Origin: Octopus sinensis
Lineage: Eukaryota
Direction of reading: 5' to 3'
Assembly: GCF_006345805.1 (NCBI RefSeq)
Contig: NC_043009.1
Span: 8,246,001-8,310,000 of the forward strand
DNA: 64,000 bases
In this document: one piece after another, positions 50,909 through 62,829 of the stretch
How the letters are laid out: every line of letters starts with the position of its first letter
Position numbering within the stretch: the stretch's first letter is position 1
Program-made: the position numbers and the translations under genes
Notes under the pieces: model-generated
Seen by the model: the letters and a program-made list of their open reading frames with translations, nothing else
The model's database searches: none
What the model was told of the DNA's origin: nothing

Positions 50909-51775
50909 AATGCAAGTTGTAGCTACAATTCTGTATTTGTGAGATGAGGAATTTATATTATATATACTGTTTGATGATGATGATATTTATATTAATTAGT
51001 TGGATTGGTGTTCTCATCTTGATTGCTCATTTCACTGTTTTGGTTGTTGTATGCTCCAACCTTCATCAGGTGTCTGGTGTTGAACTTGGTTGTTGTACTG
51101 GAATTTTGAGCCCAACCTTTTATTTTATCCACAGGAATACACCGTTCTCATCCTGACATTTTGCTTCAGTTGCTCTTTTGTGAATTACCTTAGTGCTTTG
51201 CCTGGGATTGAATTCAGAACTGCTAAGCAACTGCACTGCTTTAACCAATGTCTTTATCTACTATGCTATGCCCATAGCTAGATATGTTGCACAGATAATA
51301 AAATTATATTTAAAAATTCTGAAAAATACCAATTGAAATTCTAAACATAAAGTTTTGATAAGCATGTTTCATTTATTGAATAAAGAATAAATATATACTT
51401 AGTTTTTTACAGTTTAAATTATTTATATTTATTGATAAAAATCAATAAGTCAGTAAATTGACAGTCAGTAGAATATTCGATAAAATACCTTGTGGTAGTT
51501 GCTTCATCTCCCTCCTAAATTTATCTTTCATTCTTTTGAGGTTGATAAAAAAAAAAAGTACCAATCCAGGGTCATAAGTTGGTAGAACTGTAAAGTTTGA
51601 ACTCAGAATGCAAGACACCTTGGGTGCTATAATGGATGAAGTTTGCTCTGTTGTAATTATTCAGAGCAGGCCTCCAGTTTGAGGCTACATTCCTCCCTTC
51701 CTCCCACCAGCCTGGGAACCCCTATAAAAGGTCATGGGCACTGCCTTATCTCTTAACTAAAAGACATGTGTACCA

Positions 51776-52158
51776 GTGACAAACACAAGAGTGATTAGCA
51801 TTTTTGCATTAGAATCTACCAGAATGTATTAATAATCAATATTCCAGTCATAATTTGAGATCTCACTATTCACCATGTATGTAATGATCTATTATCTGTT
51901 GGCAGATATCATCACTGATCTGTGGACAGTTTGTTCCCTGAATTATAAACGAGGCCATTGGCTCTTGTAGGATTCATGTGTCTCAGTACTTCTGGCTGAT
52001 GAGACACTATATGTCAAAACATTGGTGTCCCTGGATCACTTGTACTAAGGAAGAAAGTGTGTTATGAACACACAGTTGTCACAAAGAAAAAGCTGTTTTA
52101 CTGTGACAAACACAATAGTATTTAGCATATTTGAATCTGCTGGAATGTATTAAGAATA
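51776..52158 (+). repeat. About 327-bp-spaced direct repeat enclosing a mutated hammerhead
   Basis: GTGACAAACACAA..TTAGCAT..GAATCT..GAATGTATTAA at 51776 and 52103. TATAAAA at about 51723. Confidence 0.6.
51990..52035 (+). ncRNA. Type I hammerhead relic with G12->A
   Basis: UUCUGG CUGAUGA GACA-CUAUA-UGUC AAA ACA-UUGG-UGU C^ CCUGGA. Confidence 0.6.
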
Positions 52159-52176
52159 GACATGCAAGTCGCTGTT

Positions 52177-52211
<35 letters not shown>

Positions 52212-52231
52212 ATTGCATATACATACATACA

Positions 52232-52448
52232 CAGGGGGGTGCTGAAAAGTTCCTGGCTTTGGGTAAAAGAAAATACAGGAGGATCAATTAATTATGATTT
52301 TATTGAACATATTTCCCTCTTAGGTTCGCACACTTATTGCAGCAGTTCTACAGTTTTTCTAAGCCCTGTAAAAGAACTTGGAAGATTGGTCCTCCAACCA
52401 GACCTTTTGTGACACCTTTAAAGCCGAGAACTTTTCAGCCACCCCTCG
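52232..52448. mobile_element. Mariner-type MITE
   Basis: GGGGTGCTGAAAAGTTCCTGGCTTT / AAAGCCGAGAACTTTTCAGCCACCCC TIRs. Confidence 0.72.
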
Positions 52449-52463
52449 CATGCATATAGTATA

Positions 52464-53679
52464 CACAGACATGACAGAAGTAAATAGACATCATTATAAT
52501 CATTGAAATTTCTTTAAATCTGAAATTATACATTTAGATTATTTATTAATTGTTATAATGTGAGTATTTGATATTTAGTAGACATGCTCTTTACATTTTT
52601 CAATGCAAGGACCCTATCTGGCATGTTATTGATCAGATGATGAAAATTCCCTTGCAGAATTTCTTGCCAAGTTTCATACAGTAATCTCAAAAGATTTGGC
52701 TTTTTATGAAGTATCCTGTCCCTTATGTCCCAGAGGTGTTCAATAGGGTTCATATCTGGTGACTGGCTTGGCCATGGAAGCTTTTTAATATTAATTTCAT
52801 CCAACAAATCTTGGGTCATTTTAGCCATGTCACAAGGAGCATCTTCCATAAATAGTCTTCTTCAATCATTTCACTACTGGAGAAAATTGGAAGGATTTTT
52901 TTCTGCAATATGGACACATATTTATCTGAGTTTATGCTTTCTTCATGCTCCACCAGCTCTGATCAACCATTGCTCCAAATTGTTCCCCAGACCATCACAG
53001 AATAGCTGCTCTGTTTCATTGTTGGCTGCAATCGTTTCACATCAAATATTTGATCACAGAGTCTCCAGACCCACACTTGTCCACTGTCAGGAAATACAGC
53101 AAATCTGGAATCATCAGAGATGACAGTGCCCCAAAATGCTAGTGGCCTCTCCACCATCTCACTGCCCAATCTTTTCTCTGCTTGATGTTGGCTGGTCGAA
53201 GGAGTGGTTTCTTCTTGCTGCTCTGCCATAGTAACCAAGTTTGTGGAGATACTTGTCTGCTGTTCTGGGACTGACATCAACTTGTTCTGCTATGTCAGAG
53301 GCCTTGCAATAAGGATTATCCTCCACACTTAAGAAAGCAAAGGGTCCTGTCAGAGGGCTCTGGTTGATCTGAGCAAGGTGATGTGGACTCCTTTCTTTCT
53401 CTGGTGAATTTCACAATTACTCTATTAACTGTAGAAAGTGGGATACCATGGTTTTCTGAGATTTTATGCTGACTATATCCACCTTCAGAATGATCCACAA
53501 TGCAGCCTCTTTGAAATTCAGGCAGTTCCAAGGCTTCTTTTGTGCATGGCATGATTAAACAGTCACATATATACTGAAACATAAAGATGTCAATTAATAA
53601 AAAATATAAACTTTTGCAAGTTAGAATAAACATAAAACAATGTTTTATGGGGTGACTATTCACTTTTGTTATGCCTGTG
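52464..53679 (-). mobile_element. Full-length decayed Tc1 transposon (DD34E type)
   Basis: TIR CACAGGCATAACAAAAGTGAATAGTCACC vs CACAGACATGACAGAAGTAAATAGACATC, TA flanks. [39 protein letters not shown]. Start ATG at about 53552. Confidence 0.92.
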
Positions 53680-53826
53680 TATATGTACATTTTTGGCATT
53701 AAGAAGGGAATCCAGCTGTACAAACCATACCAAAATAGACAATGGAACTTGGTGCAGCTCCCTACCATGCCAGCTCCTGCCAGATCATCCAACTCATGCC
53801 AGCAAGGAAAACATACATTATATATA

Positions 53827-53868
<42 letters not shown>

Positions 53869-54319
53869 TCAACTTGTGTGTCTGTGTGTGTATCTGTGTG
53901 TGTGTCTGTGTGTGTATCTGTGTGTGTGTCTGTGTGTTTAACTTCCCAGCACATCTCCTCCTAGCCAACAAATCGTAGAACCACCAAAAATGGGTCATTT
54001 AAAGTTTAGGCGAATGAAAATTGAACTGCGCTATTTCTGTTCCGAAATTCATCTCGTGAGTGCAAAAATCAATAATGTGTTTGTTTAGGCCTTATCTCAT
54101 GCATTGAATAGTGAACTTTACTCAGTCAGTTGTTTGATGTGAACTGTGTTCACCACGCGTGCAAGCATGCGTAAATTGCATGAAAAATTAAAAAATCAAG
54201 ATATAAAAACGAATCGCTGTAAACATTGTAGAAATTCGGCAAAGAAATGAATTTTCAGGATGTAGCCTGGAGGTTTTTTTTGTATTAATCGTTTGGACTT
54301 TGTGAACACATACCAATTA

Positions 54320-54690
54320 TCTATATATATAAAATGGAAGTTGTCTGTGTATGGCAGGTTTGGTAGCCTTCAACTAACACTATCTCCTCTGAGACCCTGC
54401 GGCGCAAGTTGACCAAAATTAAGAGTATGATAGAAGAAGGCTTGCTCTTCCTTCCATAGAAGAAAAAATTCAAATCGGACCATGTTAACACCAAAAATGA
54501 TTTACATCAAAAGGGTGCCTTTTTTCTATGAAAATCCCTATTTTTTACGATGTTTTGACTGCTGTGTCGCCATTTTTCGGTGTATTTCACTTAAAGAGAA
54601 TAACAAGCTACATACTGCCAAATTTTTACTTTTCAAAAATTCCAATTCTAAAGGGTCTGAACAAACCGCAATGCCGGGCGATACTGCTAG
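54320..54690 (+). mobile_element. Non-autonomous Helitron, copy 1
   Basis: A|TCTATATATATAAA ... GCAATGCCGGGCGATACTGCTAG|T. Near-identical to 61764-62152. Confidence 0.8.
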
Positions 54691-54724
54691 TATATATATA
54701 TATATATACATGTATATATATATA

Positions 54725-54773
<49 letters not shown>

Positions 54774-54778
54774 TATTT

Positions 54779-55158
54779 GTATGGCTGTGTGGTAAGAAGC
54801 TTGCTTACCAATCACATGGTTCTGGGTTCATTCCCACTGCTTGTTACCTTGGGCAAGTGTCTTCTACTATAGCCCCTCGGGCTGACCAAAGCCTTGTGAG
54901 TGGATTTGGTAGACGGAAACTGAAAGAAGCCCGTCGTATATATATATTTATTTATGTATGTGTGTGTGTATATGTTTGTGTGTCTGTGTTTATCCTCCAA
55001 ACATCGCTTAACAACTGATGGTGGTGTGTTTACGTCCCTGTAACTTAGCAGTTCAGCAAAAGGGGCCTATAAAATAAGTATTAGGCTTCCAAAGAATAAG
55101 TCCTGGGGTTGATTTGCTTGACTAAAGGTGGTGCTCCAGTATGGCCACAGTCAAATGA
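54779..55158 (+). mobile_element. SINE family A, tail type 1
   Basis: ATGGCTGTGTGGTAAGAAGCTTGC head through AAGTAAAAGAG tail. Confidence 0.9.
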
Positions 55159-56379
55159 CTGAAACAAGTAAAAGAGTGTATATATTTGTAATATATAATA
55201 TATACACATATATTTATAATATATATATAATATACACATATTTCTAGTATATATAATAAATACATATATATATTTCTAATATATACATATATATAATGTA
55301 TATACTGTTTTTTAATATAGTCTTCCAGTTTATGTACATAGTTCACCAAAATGTTATATTTGTTCAGTAGAATGCTGCAAGTAAAACAAATTTGGAAATG
55401 ACTGATGTATATGCTGGGCTATATACAACGTCAATATATTTATATACATAACTATTGGTATTGGTAAATATTGGTCCTACTGGAATCTATAACTCTGCTA
55501 TATTGATAAACATACAGAGAACCATATTAATAGCGATATCAAGACCATGTTTTTTTTTTTTGAGAGGTTTATATTCGAAGTATGTACAGCAACATTTATA
55601 TATTTTTAATACACATGATGATTAAGAATTTATAGAGTAGGACAACTAACCCCAGGTCTATAATCTTCTGCTGTTGTGCATTATGTTGCTTCAGGGCCAG
55701 GTCCCTAACTCTGCCTACCCTGATTTTTTTTCTTGAGGGGTGTGAAATTGCATGGCTGATCAAAAGCACATATTCCACTGCTCCACCACTGAGTCGTTTA
55801 CAGTTGAAAGTTCATTATTATCCTTTTGATGTCTACCTTTTCTAGGTTAACATGGATTAGACAAAGCTTATTGAGTCTGTTTTTCTGTGGCTGGATGCCC
55901 TTCCTGTCATCAACATTGATTTGTTGCCATGTAAGGTACTACTTCCCTTGGTTTTTCAGACAGCAACCAGGTCAATGGCTAGACATGTTTTATGGCAGAT
56001 ATATATAATGCCACAGTGACATTGCTTAAAGGCAGCATACAAACAAAGTCAAGACAATTGGAGGACACAAAAACACGCACATACATACATACATACATAC
56101 ATACAGCTTTTGTACAGTTTCCATCTACTAATTCCATTCACAAGGTAATTGATCAGCCCAAGGTTACAGAAAAAGGCTTTTGCATATGCTGACGTAATTG
56201 AAATAAACCTGAAGCCATGTGACTGCAAGTAATTACATGGCCATGCCTGCATCCATCCATAAAACCATTTCTGTTCACAAAGTACCCTACCACTGAAACT
56301 ATGGAATAATGGTCATAGAAAGAAAAACAAGAACTATTACATCTGTTGTATTGGTTTTATTATAGGAAGGTCTCAGGTA

Positions 56380-56960
56380 GCAAGCTGACAGAATCATTAG
56401 CTCACTGGGCAAAATGCTTAGCGGTATTTCGTTGCGTTACGTTGTGAGTTAAAATTCCACCGAGGTCGACTTTGCCTTTCATCTTTTCGGGGTCGGTAAA
56501 TTAAGTACCAGTTACGAACTGGGGTCGATGTAATCGACTTAATACCTATGTCTGTCCTCTCTGTGTTTAGCCCCTTGTGGGTAATAAAGAAATAGAAATA
56601 GGTATTTCATTCATATTCTGAGTTCAAATTCTGCGAAGGTCAACTTTGCCTTTCATCCTGTCAGTGTCCATAAAATATGTACCCTCTCTCAAAATTGCTG
56701 CCTTGTTCAAAACCCTTATTATAGGAAGGGCTACTAGTTATTGTATTGGCAGAGTTGGTAAAGCATCAGACAAAAAATGCTTTGTGGTACTTAGTTGTCA
56801 CTTGACATTCTGAGTTCACAATTTGCCAATGTCAGCTTCACTTTTATTCTTCCAGGTTGCATAAAATAAAGTACCAGTTAAGTTGCAGGATAGGTATAAC
56901 TGACATTACACCTCCTCCAAAATATTTATGGTTCTGTATTTATGAATATGTTAGAAAATA
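56380..56960 (+). mobile_element. Cluster of SINE family B copies and fragments
   Basis: Units at about 56380-56600, 56610-56720 and 56740-56960. Confidence 0.7.
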
Positions 56961-57399
56961 CTTATTATGTACAAAATTCAGTTGATTTAATTGATATAAT
57001 ATGAGACAACCACCTTAAAACAGTGGTTTGTATCTATTACCAGTACTGGTTTGTGTTTGTGACTCAAAATACTTAATTCTCAGACAGCTAATCCATTTAG
57101 CCAATCCAAATAGGTACCATATGATAAGTTCAGTTCACTATTGTAAGTAGAAACAGTACTGTAACTTATTTTTTTCTGTTTTTTCACCATTTAACGTTTG
57201 TTTAAATGGTGATGAAAAACAGGAGACATATTCCCTGTTCTTATACTGCAGAGTTCAACTCCCAGTATCCTCATTTTTTTATCTCTCTCCCTCTTTTTCT
57301 GATTGGGTAACCATGTATCTCCTCTGCAGCAAGTCACCTGTTTCTGTCTCACTGTAACATCTCATCACCTGGTGCAAAGCCTTCCCCCACCCCAAGGAT

Positions 57400-57725
57400 C
57401 TTTGTCTTGCAAATTACTTCATACCCATGACAGTGCTGGTACATCCAGTCCACACTATAAATTGGTTGGTATTTGGAAGAGCATCCAGCTGTGGAAGCCA
57501 TGCCAAACACAGGCCTTACCAGTGCTGCTGCCATGTAAAAAGCACTCAGTCCACTCTGTAAGGTGATTGGTGTTAGAAAGGGCATCCAGCCATAAAAACC
57601 CTGCCAACACAGACAGTGTCACCTGTTGCAGTCTTCTACCTGGTCAGCTTCATGTCAGACTATCCAACCCATGCCAGCATGGAAAACAGATATTAAATGA
57701 TAATGATGATGATGATGATGATGAG
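57400..57725 (+). mobile_element. RTE-type 3' tail
   Basis: GGTGTTAGAAAGGGCATCCAGCC..CCATGCCAGCATGGAAAACAG..(GAT)n. Confidence 0.65.
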
Positions 57726-57840
57726 GATATTACTAAAAGAGCTATTAATAGTTTCATATTTTTATGATACTTTACCCTGGCTTATTTATAAAATACACCA
57801 AGTATCTCCAAGCAACCTTTCAGGCTCTCTTTCTTCATTA

Positions 57841-59092
57841 TACCAGGCTTTGCAAAAGCCTTGTTACACTCAGTTTTTTGATCTTTCAAGAGGTTAATGT
57901 GTATGATACAAAAAATGCTGTCAAACATACTTAAAGTTCTACTTTTTCAGCACATGTCATTAAAATGTCTTTTCCATTATGTGCAGGTGTATTGAGATGG
58001 AAGCAAAAAGAATCGAGATCTCTGCTTTCCTGCATGCAGGCCACACGGCTGACATCACCAAGCAGCTTAATGTCAGCTGGTTGACTGTCCACAGAGTCGC
58101 AGGGAGGCTCAAGAACAAGAAAGACCTCAAAGATTGACCTCGATGAGATAGACAACAAGTTGCCAACTGTTTGGCTATGTGAAAGGCCATCAAAAGTGAT
58201 CTAAAGCTGAAAATAACTGCACTTGTGAAGAACAATATCTCCAGGGCCATCAAGGAGAAAGCGGTATGAGCTTGAGGTCCATGGAAAGGCTTCTGCTCAA
58301 GGACCATATCCGAGAACAACATCAGAAGCACTGTTGTCACCTTCTCAAAGACTTGAGGTGGCATGCCAATTGAATACTCATTTTTTCTGATGAAAAATCC
58401 TTCACGGTCGATCTTGTCATCAACAAGCAGAATGACTGCATGGTCAACTTCAGCTGGGTCGTCTCCAAGATCTACTACATATCCATGACCAAGCACCCAG
58501 CCTCCATGATGATGCTCAGCATTGTGTCTTCAAATGGCGAGAAGATGCTGGGGGTGTGGTTCACGCCTGGTTACAGGCTCACCTCGGTTGACTACAGGGA
58601 CATCTTGGCCATGAAAGTCTTGCCTTGGGTGAGAAAGATCACGAAAAGGGTGGACTACTTCATTCAACAGGACAATGTTCTGACCCACACGGACAAGGCT
58701 GTGCAAGAGTAGTTGGGGTCGAGCATGAACTTCTGGTCGAAGGATTTTTGGCCACCACAGTTGCCCAACCCTAACGCCCTTGACTACAGCATGTGGGTGC
58801 ATTTTAAGGACAAGACCTGCAAGGTCTGCCATAGCCGATGAGCTGAAGCCCTCTGTCAACCACATGTGGGCCAGTATGAGGAAGGACTTCATTCATGTGT
58901 GTGTGTGGCCTTCAGGTCTCACTTGGAGCATGTGCTCACCACCAAGGGTGGCCACATTGATTAATATTAATATCTAAACACATATTTACATGTTAAAACA
59001 ACAAAAACATGTCTAACTACATCAAAGCTATCATTGTGTCCTTTGTTGAGAGTGTCATAACAAGTGTAGCAGGACTTTTGCAAAGCCTGGTA
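57841..59092 (+). mobile_element. maT (DD37D-like) Tc1/mariner-superfamily transposon, decayed
   Basis: TA|TACCAGGCTTTGCAAAAG ... CTTTTGCAAAGCCTGGTA|TA. Confidence 0.88.
57997..58964 (+). pseudogene. maT-like transposase pseudogene
   Basis: MEAKRIEISAFLHAGH, FSDEK, QQDN..DFWPPQLPNPNALDYS (D-x36-D counted here), KGGHID*. Confidence 0.85.
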
Positions 59093-59358
59093 TATATTTC
59101 CCCGCTGTCCAGCATTCATGCTTTTTAAATATACATAATGCATAAACAGAGCCTGAAAGATTGCTTGGAGATACAAGATGTATTTCATAAATGTGCCCAG
59201 TTAAAATATCATAAAAGCATGAAATTATTTGTAGCTCTTTCAGTTGTGTATATAAACTGATATTTATCTCTCACTGGATGGAGCACTTTATTTGTTGATT
59301 CTACATATATTGGATCTATTTCACTATATCTATCTATCTATCTATCTCTCTCTCTATA

Positions 59359-59394
<36 letters not shown>

Positions 59395-59571
59395 TGTATG
59401 TATGTATGTATGTATACATACATACAACTGGCTGCCTTGCTCTAGATTAGAGTTTGTCAACATTTTACCATATTTGGCACATTAAGAATACTCTGTGGCC
59501 CAGGTTTATTCATTTCTTGAGGAAATGTTCTTCAGATTTATTTATTTTCTTAAAAAAAGCAAATCTTGCTT

Positions 59572-59695
59572 TGCAACCACATGGTTTTGGGTTCAATCCT
59601 ATGGTACCTTGGAGCAAGAGTCTTCTACTATAGCCCTAGGCCAACCAATGCCTTGAAGGTGACTTTCGTAGACAGAAACCATGTGAAAATCCATC

Positions 59696-59731
<36 letters not shown>

Positions 59732-59910
59732 ATGTGTCTTTGTGCTTGTCCCACCATCACCATTTGGCAACTGGTATTGGTTTCTTTATGTTCTTGTAAC
59801 CTAGCAGTTTGAGCAAAAGAAACTGATGAGATAAGTACCAGACTTGAAAATCAGTACTGGTAGCTGTGCCCCAGCTTGGCCACAGTCTAGTGATTGAAAC
59901 AAGTAAAAAA
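59572..59910 (+). mobile_element. SINE family A
   Basis: Core and GATTGAAACAAGTAAAA tail. Confidence 0.78.
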
Positions 59911-60127
59911 TAATTGACAAATATTGTTTTGTAGACCTCACACTTACCACATACGGCATAACATAACATATTCATGAACATTTTATATGTTATTAAATAT
60001 TTCAGAACTAAAAGATTTTGTCTTTTAGAATTGATTAATTAATTATACAATTGTTTTTTGGTTGGAAACTGCAACTCTAAATAATGTACATGATGGTGAT
60101 ATCTTCAGTTGTGAACCAACTGTATTT

Positions 60128-60345
60128 AGAAAGCTTTATGGGTCATAAATACATTCTGTTGCTATTGGCCATGCTGAACAAATTCACCCTAATGCTTTTT
60201 TGCTTTAAACTTCATACTAATTCTGTTGGTTTTTTTCGCTCTTTTGCTGAACTGCTAAGTTATGGGGGGATGTAAACACACCAACACCAGTTGTCAGGCA
60301 GTAATGGGGACAGTAACAGACACAAAGATACACACACACACAGAC

Positions 60346-60376
<31 letters not shown>

Positions 60377-60525
60377 GCTTCTTTCAATTTCCATCTATGA
60401 AATCCACTCACAAAGCTTTGGCCAGCTTCAGACTATAGAAAATACTTGCCCAAGTTACCACACAGCACCCAGAACCATGTGGTTGGGAAGCAAGCTTCTT
60501 ACCACACAGCCATGCCTGCACCTAT
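60128..60525 (-). mobile_element. SINE family A
   Basis: Reverse-strand full copy with (TA)n. Confidence 0.82.
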
Positions 60526-60845
60526 GTTTAATAATTTTTTAGAAATTAGTGGGGGAGGCAGGGTGTAATATTTTAAAAACATTTTCTTCATGTCTCAAAA
60601 ATTAAAAGCATGGTTCATTGTAGGTTAAGATATTTAATCTAAAGGTCACTAGTTCAATCTATGCTGGAGGCATTACAATATAAGTTCATTGCTCAAGTAT
60701 TTTAACCTCCCTCCTAGAATAACAAAATATCATTCTTCACATTTATGCTTAAACATTTAAAGAATAATTAATTCTCGTCTGTCAACAATATAATGTTGAG
60801 TGCTTTTATGATGCATCATGAGTCCTTATTTGAGATCCCCTCAAA

Positions 60846-61195
60846 GTAAAAGGGCAAGGACTCCGATCAGTCATGAATGACCATGGGATGGCACCTAGAA
60901 AGTTCCCCTCCAACACACAAGTCCAGGCAAGGTTGTTTATGGAAGGCCAGCAGTCGCCCTTGCATGCCAACCCCTACTCTCCACACCACCGATGTTATCC
61001 AAGGGAAGGGCAAAGGCTGATACAGCTTGGCACCAGTGACACTGTCACAACTCATTTCTACAGGTGAGTGAACTGGAGCAATGTGAAATAAAGTGTCTTG
61101 CTTAAGAACACAACACGCAGCTGAGTCTGGGAATTGAACTCACTACCTCATGATTATGAGCCCAATGCTCTAACCACCAAGAGCCATGCATCTTT
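60846..61195 (-). mobile_element. SINE family C
   Basis: Reverse complement of the 43588-43930 type. Confidence 0.88.
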
Positions 61196-61434
61196 GTTAC
61201 AGGATTCTGTGTTCTAAGACAACCTCCATGTTAAGATTGAGATTTAAGATTATTCAAATTTTATAGACAGAAAGCATTAAAGTGAATTAATTATTAATTA
61301 AGTGAATTAATTTATTATGTGAGAAATGAGTAAGAAAGCTTACATTTCAGACACTTGTTCTTTGGTGAGGAAAAGGAAAAATAAATTTTTGACCAATGTT
61401 GAGGTTGATAAGAAATAATTATAAAATAGTTACC

Positions 61435-61660
61435 GAGGAAACCTCTATGTGGTTGTTCAGCTGCTCAATAACAGCCAAATGTCTTTCAAAGCACACTCTA
61501 CTATTTTAAAAAGAAGGTACATAGGATAATGTAGTTTAAAAATTACTTGATCAAAAGGTAAAAAGGTGATGAGATGGTCATGGATGGAATGCCTTTAATC
61601 TGTTCTGCAAGGAGTCTTTTTATATTGGAGCTCTAACAACAACAATAACAACTGTTCAAT
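61435..61660 (+). repeat. Interspersed family D repeat (representative copy)
   Basis: GAGGAAACCTCTATGTGG..AGCCAAAT..GGAATGCCTTT..(ACA)n. Other copies at about 6120, 18335, 19185, 31430, 34640, 35315(-), 39645, 46255(-), 47370(-). Class not determined. Confidence 0.6.
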
Positions 61661-61763
61661 AGCTAGCAATGGAACCTCAACTTACCAGAAACAGCAGTAA
61701 AAATCACACCTTTGAAAGGAAGGATACATTGCACAAAGCAGTTATAGGCACCCTGTGACTTAA

Positions 61764-62152
61764 TCTCTATATATAAAGCTGAAGTTGTCTGTGTGTAGCA
61801 GGTTTGGTAGTCTTCAACTAACACTATCTCCTCTGAGACCCTGTGGCGCAAGTTGACCAAAATTGAGAGTATGATAGAAGAAGGCTTGCTCTTCCTTCTG
61901 TAGAAGATAAAATTCAAATCAGACCATGTTAACACCAAAGATTATTTACATTAAAGCGGTGCCTTTTTTCTATGAAAATTCTATTTTTTATGATTTTTTG
62001 ACTGCTGTGTCACCATTTTTCAGTGTATTTCAACCAGAAAAATGTTCACTTAAATAGAATAACAAGCTACACAATGCAAAATTTTTACTTTTCAAAAATT
62101 CCAATTCTAAAGGGTTGAAACAAACCTGAGCAATGCCGGGCAATACTGCTAG
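61764..62152 (+). mobile_element. Non-autonomous Helitron, copy 2
   Basis: A|TCTCTATATATAAAG ... GCAATGCCGGGCAATACTGCTAG|T. Confidence 0.8.
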
Positions 62153-62829
62153 TAATAATTAAAGACAGGACAATCAAATACTTTTGAGCACAAGCCTGTT
62201 TGGTCAAGGCTGACCTGGTGTTAAACAGCAACGGTTGTTTGGTGACTCATATTCAATCATGAAAACATTATGTTAGAGAAAAGCATGAATATCACACAAT
62301 CATATTTCTTTTCTTCTTGTGAAAGCTTGAAAGCCTTGCCAACAATCAATAATGATATATATGTGTTTGTAAAGATAAAATATAAATATTATGTTTCCCA
62401 TGTTGTAGCTTTGCAATAAATAGTCAGTTATTTGACTTTTCCTACTGGTCTGAGATATCCATTAATAAATTGACTTCAGAGAAAGCCAGGAACAGGAAGT
62501 TGAGATGCTTATGCCTTTTCTCAAGAGCATAAAAAGGAAGTCGATATAGTTACAGTAGAGAATCAAAATTGGACATATTAGATAATATAATCCTAGGTAG
62601 ATTATGCCTGAATAAATGACAAGATGTCACAGTGGGAAAATCTAGATGGTAAGCCTGCTTTATCATGGCTGAGCTCAGGAAAAAACAATAATATTTAAGA
62701 GTGAAAAAGTAACATTATTTATTTTGGGGGTAAGTAAAATGGTTGGTGACAGGAAGGGCATTTGGGTGTAAAATATTGCTTTGTAAAATTTATTGAACCT
62801 ATTCCAGCATTGAGAATTGGATGTAAATT

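Larger units (their letters stand above)
57733..59243. mobile_element. Long-arm inverted-repeat element (host MITE or extended TIRs) around the maT element
   Basis: 57733-57840 is the imperfect reverse complement of about 59136-59243. Confidence 0.72.
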
